Positions 52,300-64,000 of a stretch of DNA of 64,000 nt are shown here, piece by piece. The stretch comes from Lama glama (lineage: Eukaryota), in the NCBI GenBank assembly GCA_028534125.1, contig CM052817.1, forward strand, positions 48,362,001 to 48,426,000, given 5' to 3'. The number at the start of each line of letters is the position of its first letter. Position 1 is the first letter of the stretch. The notes under the pieces were generated by a model. It saw only the letters and a list, made by a program, of their open reading frames with translations. It ran no database searches and was not told where the DNA came from. The translations under genes and the position numbers were made by a program.

Positions 52300-55200
52300 G
52301 AGTAAAAAGGAAAGCACAGAGTGGGAGAAATTATTTGCAACACATATAATCAATAAAAATCTTGAATTCAGAATATATAAAAAACTACTATAGATAACTA
52401 AGAAAAAGGCAACACAGTAAAAAATGTGACAGTTTTGAACTTACATGTCACAAAAGAAGTTTCCAGACGGTCAAAAAGCATATGAAAAGATGTTGGCAAT
52501 CATGGAACTGAAAATTTAAATGACAGTGGAATGCCATTCTATAGCCATCAAAAAGGCTAAAATTTAAGTGACAATGCAAAGAGCTAAGAATATCCAACAC
52601 ATTCTTAAAAAAGGACAAAGTGCATACCAAAAATTATAAAGCACAATGAATAAAACAGTGTGGACTTAGTAGACCAATGGAACAAAACTGAGAACAGAAA
52701 CAGATGTAAACATAGAAGAAACACTTGATTTATAATAAAGCCGTCACTACAGAACAATAGGCAAAGGACAGTCCTCTCAAATAGCTATGAATCTACTGGT
52801 TATCTCTACAGAAAATAAAACTTGACCCTTCACTCACAGCATACCCAAAAAGCAATTCCAAGTGGATCATACATCTAAATGTGACAAGACAATAAAGTTT
52901 AAAAGCAGAGAAAAATATTTCCGTGAACTTTGGCATGGATATATTTCTTAAGAAAAGCACAAAAGCACCAATCATAAAGGAATAGTTTTTCAAATGTTTC
53001 ACTGGAAAACTGTTATTCCTTGGTTTTTGATATTTTTGATGCTATTCATAATTTTTTATATTGACCTTAGAGCCAACAAGTTTATTAAAATTACCTATTG
53101 GTAATATTAATCATGGTGTAGTAATAACCATCTTGGTCGTTTGGTTTTTCAACATTCATTCATATTGGCTATAATAAGTATAAATGTTCTTTCTTCCTTT
53201 CCAGTCATTATCTTTTATTCTTTTTCCTGCCTTACTGCGTTGGCTAAGATTCCAGTAGAGTGGTGGTTCCTTAACTTTTTTCTAATCTGAGGAAAATAAC
53301 TTCAACATTTCATTACCAAGTATAGTGTTAGCTATACCTTTTTTGTAAATAGATATGCTTTATCAGAAAAAAGTTCTCAACTATTAATTTGATAAGTTTT
53401 TAAATTATGAATTGATTTTGAGTTTTATCAAATGTTTTTTCTCCATATATTGAGATGATCATATGATTTTTTTCCCTTCCTCCTTTATTTTGGCTAAGTG
53501 GTGAATTACAATTGATTTTTAAGTGTTAAGCCAACCTTTTCTTTCAGGAATAAGCTCAATTGGGTCATGGTATGTTATACTTTTTAAGTATTGCTATATT
53601 CAAATTTCTAATATTTTTATTAGGGTTTTTACATCTAAGTTCGTAAGTTAGATGACCTAGTTTTCTTCCTTGTAATGTCCATGTAAAGTTCATAACACTA
53701 GTATTTTCTCCATTCTGCATAAGAGCTTTAGTAAGACTGGGGTTCTTTTTTTTTTTGGACATTGCTAAGATATTTCATTCTCTTTTTTTCATCAAAGTAA
53801 AGCTGATTTACAATATTGTATTAGTTTCAAGTACACAACACAGTGATTCAATACTTTTATAGCCTATACTCTATTTAAAGTTATCATAAAGTACTGGCTG
53901 TATTCTGTGTGCCGTACAATATATCTCTGTTGTTTATTTATTTACATAGAAGTTTATACCTCTTAATCCCCTACTCCTATCTTGCCCCTTCGCCTACCCT
54001 CTCCCTACTTGCAACCAGTAATTTGTTCTCTATATCTGTGAGTCTTGTTTTGTTATATTCATTTATTTTTTAGATTCCACATGAGTGATAGCACACAGTC
54101 TATCTGTCTTTCTGTATCTGACTTATTTCACTAAGCATAATACCCCTCAAGTCCATTCATGTTGTTGTAACAATATTCCACTGCATTATCCATTCATCTG
54201 AAGGACACTTGGGTTGCTTCCATATCTTGACTATTGTAAATAGTGCTGCTGTTACACTGTGGTGCATGTATCTTTTCAAATCAGTGTTTTCATTTTTTCC
54301 AGATATATACCTGGGAGTGCAATTGCTGGATCATATGGTAGTCCTATTTTTGTTTTTGAGGAGTCTCCATACTGTTTTCCATAGTAGTTGCACCAATGTA
54401 CATTCCCACCAACAGTGTATTACAGTTCCCTTTTCTTCACATCATCACTAATATTTATTATTTGTGATCTTTTAGATGATAGCCCTTCTGATGGGTATGA
54501 GGTAATATCTTGCTGTGGTTTTGACTTGCATTTCTTTGGTTAGTGATATTAAGCATCTTTTCATGTACCTGTTGGCCATGTTTATGTTTTCTTTGGAAAA
54601 ACATCTATTCAGGTCCTCTGCACGTTTTTTGATTAGGCTGTCTGTTTTCTTATTGGGTTGTACAAGCTGTCTATATATTTTGGATATTAACCTCTTACCA
54701 GTCATATATCACTTGCAAATATTTACTTCATACATTAGGTTGTCTTTTCATTTTGTTGATGGTTTCCTTTGCTATGCAAAAGCTTTTAAGTTTAATTACG
54801 TCCCATTTGTTTACTTTTGCTAATAAGATTGGTGTTAACTTCTACCTTAAGTGTTTGGTGGAAATCTCTATTGTGGGAATGCTTCTAATTAGATCATAAT
54901 TTTTAAAAATAGTTACCAGACTATTCAGATTTTTAAATTTTTGTGTCACCTTTGCTATGCTAAATTTTTCTTAGAATCTGCCTATTTCAATTAAATTTTC
55001 AAATTTACTGGCATAAACATGAAACTAGTTCATAATATTCTCTTATGTTTAATATTGTATAAGATATTTAGTGATAATTATTTTTTCATTCCTGAAATTG
55101 GTTACTTGTCCTTCCTCTCACTTTTTCTTGATCAGCCTTAGCAGGGTTATCAATTTTATTAGATTCTTTTCAAGGAACTATCATTTTTTCTTTTGTTGAT

Positions 55201-56250
55201 TTTCTCTATTATATATGTGTTTTCTATTTTATTAACTTTTGCTCTTATCTTTACCAGTACCTTAACTTTCTTTGCATTTGACTTACTGTTGTTCTAAATT
55301 CTGGAAAGTGATGATTGGATCTTTAATTTTTAATACTTTATCTCTTCTAATATATGTATGTAAAGCTCTAAACTTTCCTCTAACACAGTATTAGTCACAT
55401 CCCACAAGTGTTCACACATAGTATTTTCATTACCATATTTCAGCGAAAAATATTTTCTAATTTCCATTGAGATTATTCTTTCCAAACACATACAGATAGA
55501 TTTCCCAGCTTTTGTCACTGTTTTCTGTCTCAATTCTATTATGGTCAAAGAACATACATTACACGATTTCAATCCTTTTAATTTTTAAAGACGTGCATGT
55601 ACATAGTCTGAGGTGCTTAGGTCATGTGTCCCTCAGGTCAAGTCTGTTAATTATGTTGCTCAAATCTGTCTAATTCCTTAATAAAGTTTTTCCTCTATAC
55701 TTTCTATCCATTTCTGAGAGAGGGATGCTTAAATCTCTCATTATGAGTGTGGATTTGTCTATTTCTTCTTTTAGTTCTGGGAACTGATTTTAAGGTATTC
55801 TGGGGATCCGATTAAAGATACATTCAGAACTTCATATATTCTTTGTAAATTAAATCATTTTTCATTTTTAAATCTCCCTTATTCAAGTTTTTCTGCCTTC
55901 AAGTACACTTTATTTTACATTAACATGACTACATCAGTTTTCTTTAGATTAGTGTTCACCTTTTTAGTTTCAACCTGTATCATCTATTTAAAGTATGCCT
56001 CTTAGAAACAGAATTTAGATTTGTTTTGTTTTTAACTGTCTTAACATAATTGTCTTTTTATTGAAGCATTTTGTCCTTCACATTTAACACAATTACTAAT
56101 TTGGGGATTTCAATTTATCATATTACTATTTGGTATCTATTTATCCTATTATGTGATTCTTTTCCTTTTCTTTTTTATGTTCTTTAGGACTATTTTTACT
56201 GGTCTATTTTTCTCCTCCATTAGCCAGATAATTATACATTCATTTACCAT
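52300..56250. mobile_element. Cluster of old L1 fragments (+ to about 53000, then -) with a younger minus-strand L1 at 53745-54823
   Basis: ORF2-derived peptides in the ORF track; the younger copy is bounded by TAAGACTGGGGTT (53732-53744) and TAAGATTGGTGTT (54824-54836). Confidence 0.8.
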
Positions 56251-56271
56251 TATTTCAGTCCTACCATAGAT

Positions 56272-56491
56272 CAAGGGTTAGCAAATTATGACCAAAGGGC
56301 AAATCTGGCACATTACCTGTTTTAGTAAATAGTTGTATTGGAATGCAACCCTGCTTACTTGGATGCAGACTGTCTATGGCGGCTTTTGCACTGTAGCAGT
56401 AGAGCTCAATAGGCGCAACAGAGTCCATGTGGCCAGCAAAGCCTAAAATGTTTACTGTCCGGCCCTTTACAAAAAAATGTGTTAACTCTTG
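56272..56491. mobile_element. MER58A (hAT-Charlie MITE)
   Basis: caagggttagcaaa...gttaactcttg terminal repeats; gcaaagcctaaaatgtttactgtccggccctttaca signature; 220 bp. Confidence 0.85.
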
Positions 56492-58854
56492 TCCTAGCGT
56501 ATAACACAAGCATCCTTGATTTAACTAAGTCCAAACAAAAATAAGTATTTTTAGCTCTTTCCAAACAACGGATGATCTTTAGATGTGCCAGAAACCATGC
56601 TAGTTTCTAAGAATAAGGAACAAAACTGACTCAACTCGTGTCCTCATTGAGTTTACAGGCTAATAGGAAAATATCACTTGAGCTTATTATAAAGGAAAGT
56701 ATAAGTTGTGAAAGCAAACAGCTTCCCCTCAGTGTGCCCTTTCTGTTGGTATAAAACAGTCAATAAGAACTTGGCACAAATTAACTTAACAAAACTACAA
56801 GGAGTGTTCCAAAACCACTGACATCTATCTAGCCAGACTCTAATACCCTATTGTCTATGCTCTCCTGGACAAAAATATATGTTTTTAAGTTTCTCAGGCA
56901 AAAAGGGACTATTTAACCATATGTTTAATAACAAATACCACATATGGTGACTATGAGTTACGCTTCTGTTCCTTCTTATTTATACAGTCCTATGCCTCTT
57001 TCCATCCCATTAATTGCCCATAAACAGCACTCTGCTTTTTTAATTCAGACTTTCTAGAGCAGCAGAAGGAAAAAAATTTGACTTAAACGGAGTCAGAATT
57101 AATTACAGATGAAAGTAGAGCAGTAATAAGCATTATACTAATTTAATCCTACGAGTTTTCCTCTGCCCTCTTTCCTCTCCATGGGCCTAGATTTACTCAG
57201 TAATGACTCTGCAACTTAATGACTCTTAAGTTGTCCTCCACATGAATAGAGGAAAATCTATGGCTTTGAATCTCAACTTCTATACTAAATGGCTGAGTTA
57301 CTTAAATTCCCTGAACCTCAGTTTCTTACCTTTAAGATTGGGTTTATTGCAGAGTGCTTAAAAAAAAAAAAGTGTCTACCATAAAGTAGGCATTTAGTAA
57401 ATGTTAGTTTCCTTCCACAAAGAAATGGCCTCGAGATTCTGTGTCACATAAATTATTTATAAAGCATCCATCCAGCTTCTTCCAAAATCCTAAACCTTCT
57501 TTCTAGCTTCTTTAAGCTGTCACTATAGCAGCAGAATGTTCAAAACCAGGCTCTGCTTTCTGGCTATAAGACTAGTTGTTGCATTTGTAAAATTTCCCAC
57601 CTTCTACCACTTTATCTTCATCTGGTAAGTAAATTGAAGCCAGAAGGCCATTAAGATGCCAATCTTATCAACAAATTCCCTTTACTCTTTCAAGTACCTG
57701 AAACTGTCAGTGAACAGAAATATCTGTCTAGCATCAAATCCCACTCACTTCATCAACTGTCATTTGGGAAAATTACTATAAATCAGAAAAAAATTGTAAT
57801 CCAATCTTTGAGTGAAATGTTGTATTTTAAAGGCAGAACTCTATGTTCTACAGGGAATGTTCTAACATTTCAGCTCAAAGTAATTTTCTTCTAGCTATAA
57901 ATGCAAAATGCCCGTGAAACTTTAGAAGTTCCTGGAGCTCTAGGCATTTCACTAGTACAGATACTCAGTTCTGGTATTTGAGACAAAGAGAATACAGACA
58001 GAAAATGATGATCGGCTTTTATACTTAAAAATCAGAATTTCAGGTAGAACAGAAGCTCTGTGATGCCTTCCTTAGATTTTTTAAATTAGAAAATGAGCTC
58101 TCAAATAAATGGTACAAATAGGCACAAACAAGTGCCCCCCAAAAGAATGTACACATATACTGGAAACTTACTCTGAATCTTGTCCTTGAGGGGTCACAGA
58201 ACTATCTATATAGGTAAGATCAGCCTCATCAATAAAACAAACCAACCACTTTATCTCTTTAGTAACTAAACTCCCTAGGTCCAGGAGGATAACTGTATTA
58301 AATAAATACTGCTCTTATGTAAATGCTGTCACATCGAAGTTTTAAGACATTTCAGTAAAATCCTTTAGGTTCCTGAAAGTTACCAGTGGGTGGCAGCTCA
58401 ATTTATAAATCCCATGATATGTTTCAAATTATAATAAGACACCATCAAATACTACATTAAAAGTACTGTTTTGTTTTTCTTTAGTCAAAGCATAGACATT
58501 TAGTGTATATTTTCAATTAAATTTCATTTTATTTTTACTAGTCATATAAATTGCCTCCAATTATAAAATTCTATTAATTTCTTCACCAATGCTGAAAAGC
58601 CCTCAATATTAAAAGTACCACTTCTATTTCTCAACTTTCTCTGGCTAAATTTCCAAGAATATATTTATTTTCTATTTATATTTTTTACTTCCCAGAGGTT
58701 AAGAATATACCATAAACATATTTTACTGAGATATCACTATATTGTGATATTAGGTTGCTAACTAGATCCTCGAATAGACAGCACCCCAACACTCACCTAC
58801 AATGAGGCTACTACCCTATGGTAGAGTCTTCTGAGAAACAGAAAGGCTACTTAC

Positions 58855-59021
58855 TGTTCACTGCAACCCACTCATTGAGATCTTCCCCCTCAGGAAGCAT
58901 GACAGCCATCCGGAGGTTTCCACTGCCAAGTGTGGCCTCTGCATGCTTTAAGAGCTCATACTGGTGAGAACCCTCGGGAATGTTCTTCTTTGGTTTAAAG
59001 GTTTTAGAGGAACGGCTACCA
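58855..59021 (-). CDS. MOB1B: MOB kinase activator 1B, coding exon 2 (167 nt); exon 1 is outside the window
   Basis: TAG acceptor, GTAAG donor; GSRSSKTFKPKKNIPEGSHQYELLKHAEATLGSGNLRMAVMLPEGEDLNEWVAVN. LRMAV and EWVAV match MOB1B rather than MOB1A, and adjacency to DCK agrees. Confidence 0.97.
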
Positions 59022-60121
59022 CTACGAATAGAAAAGAAGAAAGGGCACTTTAGTATTTAAGGCATGACTTTCAAGAGAGTCTACTACACTGTTCCTGGAT
59101 AAAACAGCAGAGAGGTGATCCTCAAAGTCCACAAATAAACTGTCCTAAGTCATACAGGCTACATTAAATTCTGGCAGTATCACTGCTGTAGTTACTGTGT
59201 TTGATTACCCAAAACTCCTACAAACCTTCTCTACATTCCCTACTGTAACTCCCAAGGAGAAAAAGGATTTTTAGCTAGAACTAACCCAGCTAACTAATCC
59301 AACAATAAATTAACAATTCAGGATTATAAACTGTAATCTATAAAAACAAAAAGTAACTTCTGTGATAATTTTTAGTCATTGTATTCCTTTTCACCCTTAT
59401 TCTAAGTCTTTCACCCTAATACAGTTTCCTTTGTATAGAAAGCATAAAGATATAATTTTATATCAATAAAGCACAAAAATCCTAGAGCAAGAAAGAAAAG
59501 CTACATCTTCTATCCAATTATAGGAAGCACCAGCAATCTTAATCCAGAGTTGCAGGTATGCAGGTAAGTGACTAGACATTAATATGGTTGCTCAAATTTC
59601 TAAATGTATGTGTATATTTACACACATACAAATATATTTTTTAAATGGATCAAATCAAACTAGTCTTAGAAATGGTTTTTAAGAGTTCTTAAGAGATGGA
59701 GTCTTCTGTTAATGCTGGCAAATTCTTTTCAAACTGTACAATATTCCAGTCATCCATTCTCTAGACACCTCCTCTTCTTATGAAAAGGAATAGTTAGGGA
59801 AAGACTGAATTAGAAGAGGCTGGGTAAGTGGGAATTACATAAAATTTAATGTTATTAAATTCATGTCACCATAATATTCAGACATTTGAACACATGAAAA
59901 TTAAAATAAAATTCCAAAGAGAACAGATAAACAATAATTATACTCTTCAAACTCTCCAAAGCTTTTCATTCATAACCCCTTTTTCCCAAGCTTACCCCCA
60001 AGATCGTTCCTTTTTTCCCCAAGATAAAGCAGTAGGTCTCATCCCTGGTACATTTTATAATCAGTTGAAAAGCTTTCAAAACGTACTGAGGATCCTAACA
60101 TAAACTAAGACTTCACCAGTC

Positions 60122-60229
60122 AATATGAAAACGAATATATGTACTTATATGTATAACTGAAGCATTATGCTGTACACCAGAAATTGACACAATATTGCAA
60201 ACTGACTATACTTCAATTAAAAAAAAAAG
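60122..60229 (+). mobile_element. Short L1 3' end
   Basis: tatgctgtacaccagaaattgacac...cttcaattaaaaaaa; degenerate 15-bp TSD at 60107-60121 and 60230-60244. Confidence 0.8.
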
Positions 60230-63200
60230 AAGAATCTACCAGTCTACTCAAATATCCAACTCAAGTGACAGGTATTTTCACTCTAAGATAATGGCATTCT
60301 CCTTTGAATGTAAGTCTCAGGTGATTATTTAGAGTAAAGGATGCTCCTCAGCTCTGACACTGGCCCCTCTCCCTGCCAGATGTCTCTACTCAACAGCCAA
60401 GGAATCTTTAAAACACTGATCAGATGATGTTACTCCTCTGCTTACAACCACTCAGTGGCTTTACTCAGAGTAAATCCTGAAGTCAAATATTAGACACAGT
60501 CAAATTCTGGACCCACATCAGAGTGTGGAAACTCTTTTTCAGTTTAATCAGATAATGTATCAAACACCAAATTCCCTCACAGCACCTCTAAAATACAAAA
60601 ACATAGAAAAGATCATTATGCCTACTGAGCCTGAGGCTTATTTCATTTTCCTGCTTCTTCTCACCCTTTGTTTATTAAAATTTAGTGTGAGAAACAAACA
60701 TTTTTACAAAAAGACACTTTACTAACTTATGTGTGGCCAATTACAAAAACAGCTCTCCTAACACCAGTCTGGTGCATGCCTCCAGGTCAAGTGTTGAGTA
60801 CACTCCTTTTAACGGGCCCACTGCTCTTGAGGACGTGACAAGCTGCTTTGAGAAGGGCTGGCAGTCCCTGAGAACAAGCATATCAGCTGTGCCTGCACTC
60901 GGCAGGGTCAGAGCCTCATCTGCCCCCCAACCATCTACTTACTGAACCACTCTGCCCCGAAACTGCGAGCTTCCAAATGCTCTCTTGATTGATGCCCCAC
61001 CCAGAACTGCTCTTCCACAATGCTCAACAAACCACCTCAGAAGACCTTACACTTAGGTAGAAAGAAAAAAGAAATCTGAATTTGATTTTGTGAAGGCCAG
61101 TTTTGACACTTATCGGCAATATTATCTCAGGCAAATTACCAAACTATTTTGTGCCTATTTTCTTAACAGTGAAAGCCTAATAAAAATAATAAAACACCAC
61201 TACTACCTGTATCATAGAACAGTTAGTTGCAAGATGAGAAAATAAGCTGTAAAATGCTGTGCAAATGTTAGTACTCTCATTATCCTTCTTTTTCCTGAAC
61301 CAGAATGACCTAAGGTGAAAACAAAAACAAACACAAAAAAACGGCAGTGCAATGTCCAAAGCCGGATTCAACCCCTATTCCCACTCTCATCTCCTAAGAC
61401 TGGATGGGAAAAATATATTCTTACTTTGAAACAAGTGCTCTTACATATCAAGTTCCAAACAGAATTTCAAAAAGTGTTTTGTTTTGGTGTTTGGTGCTAT
61501 TCCCATATCAAGGTTCAGGTGATCTCAGAATAACCCTGGGGCTAGACTGGAAATCAAGAAAACAAGGTCCCGGTCCTCATTTTGCTATTTTCTTCTTATG
61601 TTACTTAAGAAACCACAAATTATCATCTTGAGCTTCAATTTCTTTATTTTGTTTTTTGAAAGTCTGGAAAATAACTTTTAACAAAAGGGTATAATTTAGA
61701 GATGAGATGATGTTTATAAAGTATTTTAGTTCTCCGTTCTCCATTTCCACGTACATTCATACTTCCAAACTGCTTTTCAAGTCCTCCATTGAATTCCCTA
61801 TCCCTATGACCCTTCTGCTTTATTCAGGCAGAATAACTAACAATATTCTGACTTTTTAAAATATTCTTTTTTGAAACTATATTCAGCTTTTTCTTCAACT
61901 GCTACCTGAAACTTCAGCCAAGATGCACCCTACCCTGGAAGGGGTAGTCAATACTGGTCCTCATTCACATGTCAAAAGACCCAGACAAATTCAAAAGCAC
62001 AAATACCAAAGCATGTACACAAAAGTCCTCAGTAATGACTGCAAGCTTTAATAGTAACAATGTGTGACCAAAAGTATATATCTCACATGGCATGTTAAGA
62101 TATTTGATGCAAATATTCAAAAACATTTTCAATAACATAAAGTATGCAGCCCTTCCACCCCACTCTCCTCAGAAGAAAGCTGTATATCGAAGAATTTCAG
62201 GAGAAATAGCTTGTGTATCGTTCCAGAGAGTCTCTGTCCATATGTCCATACAAGCATAAAAATGCTTGTGCCTGTTTGTTTGTTTTTACACAATTGTTGC
62301 ACACTATAGTATACTAAATAATGTTTTTCACTTAATATATCCAGGAGATTGTTGTATATTAAGGTAGAAGTAGTTCTATTTTACTCTTTTTAAAAACTGA
62401 ACAGTATTTCCTTATACAGATATAAAATATTTTTAATCAATCACCTATTGATAAACACTTAGGTTGTTTCCAGTCATTTCTCACTTCACACAACGCTACA
62501 GTAAATATCCTCGTATTATGAAACATAAATTCTTAGAAGTAAAATTGCTGTGCTAAAGAGCATATACATTTTAAAGTTTTATATAAGGCTTATTTTTCCC
62601 CCCAAATAAGGTGTACACTTTTAAAGTCCCATTAACAATGTTTGAGAGTAGCCATATACTTTTTCAGTCTTAGAGGACAGGGATTCAACTGCTAGTTTCT
62701 CTTGTACCGCTCCCAACACAGCATCATAACTATATGAGAATTTACAGCTTTCTGATTAGAATGTGATTGTGATTGACATTTCATAGCATTACCCTGAGGT
62801 CTTATCTTTCCAAATAAATATCCAGGATTCAGGTTTGTTTACCCCAGTCCTCTTACTCATATTTGAAGGCCATTCTATTTCTAGAGCCAGACAGGATGGT
62901 TTGACAAGTAAATAATTGAGCCTTAAGGGAAATATGAATACACATCCCTTATAATCAGTCATCCAATTTGATCTACCTTTTGTAAATTTCAAAAGCATCA
63001 TTTCTTTCTTCTTTGAGACCCTAAAGAATAGATTAGGCCCCACTATGATATCTACATTTATTCCCATAAACCATTTCTTACCATCTCAACATAGCTACAC
63101 CCATCATTACCATTAACTTTAACCCTTTATTGTTCAGTCCAACTCTCAACAAACTTGGTATTTTCTAAGTTGGACTCAAGAATTTTAAGGCTGAAGGAAT

Positions 63201-63566
63201 TGGGGTGATTTATAGAGAACTCAAAACAAGGGTACACTAGTAAGGTTAGAATAGATATCTGTGTGTTTTGACATAGAAAAACATGTCGATATATTCAAAA
63301 TTAGAAGCAAACTAACATCCACTTATTTGTGTCAATGATGCCATACCTTCAGTTAAGTGACTTACTCTGATCACCCCACTAATTAAATGTCAGAAGTGGA
63401 ATTCAACAACAATCCATTATCTTGCACAAGTTACTTAACGTTACCAAGCCTCAGCTTTCTCATCTATAAAATGGGAATAATAACACCTATTGAACACTTA
63501 CTATTGAATTCTGTGGTAAGAACTCCACCAATATTAGTTCTCTTTATTCTACCTCTAGGTACCAAT

Positions 63567-63595
63567 CTGTCATTCACATCAATAGCTCCTTCTAT
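63567..63595 (-). pseudogene. MOB1B: Degenerate counterpart of the human MOB1B alternative N-terminal coding segment
   Basis: ATA GAA GGA GCT ATT GAT GTG AAT GAC AG reads IEGAIDVND(S), versus MEGATDVNES recalled for the longer human isoform; same phase-2 end; no ATG and no GT donor here. Confidence 0.7.
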
Positions 63596-64000
63596 TGGTC
63601 TAAGTTCAAAATGAGAGATCAGGGACTTGATAAACACTTGTTAATTGATAGTTCCAGTCAACTTCCGACTGAGAACTCCTACATTAGGATAGTAATCAAG
63701 ATGATTAATATTAAGTAACACTTACTGCAGGCCTTGTACTGATGATTATTTTACATGCAATATCTCATTTAACCCCATAACTCTATGATGTACATGTTAT
63801 TACTTTATTTTCATGGGTAACAAAACTGAGGCTTAAAGTACTTAAATAATTTGCTCAAGCTTATAAAATTGATAAATCAAGGAGCCAGAATTTAAATCTA
63901 GGATTTAAATATTTAAAGCTCATTCTTTTATCCAGTACCCAACACTGCATGATGCTTACCCTTATCTTCTACCCAGTTATTTCTAACAATTTTCTTCCTT

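Noticed and set aside
1..64000. A novel multi-gene biological system
   Set aside because: All convincing coding sequence is explained by DCK, MOB1B and transposon relics; the remaining short ORFs show no recognisable homology or exon structure.

Overview
Mammalian genomic DNA, probably a camelid (inferred from five copies of a tRNA-derived vic-1-like SINE and artiodactyl-type L1 tails). Two spliced genes lie in tandem on the minus strand. DCK (deoxycytidine kinase) is complete: 7 coding exons from 30603 down to 7892, 783 nt, 260 aa, all introns GT-AG, with a CpG-island promoter at about 30.2-31.1 kb. MOB1B (Hippo-pathway MOB kinase activator 1B) has coding exons 2-6 from 59021 down to 41013 and a long 3' UTR; its exon 1 lies beyond the right edge. 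The rest is intronic or intergenic DNA rich in L1, SINE, MIR, LTR and DNA-transposon relics, with one 100-N assembly gap. I found no evidence for a new multi-gene system. The best leads are small-scale: (1) an apparently disabled counterpart of the human MOB1B alternative N-terminal exon, lacking ATG and GT donor; (2) a TSD-flanked, poly(A)-tailed retroposed non-L1 fragment in the DCK 3' UTR; (3) a young solo LTR just upstream of, and co-oriented with, DCK; (4) clustered substitutions in DCK exon 5; (5) several structurally unusual L1 insertions. Comparisons with human proteins and repeat consensi are from memory and need verification.
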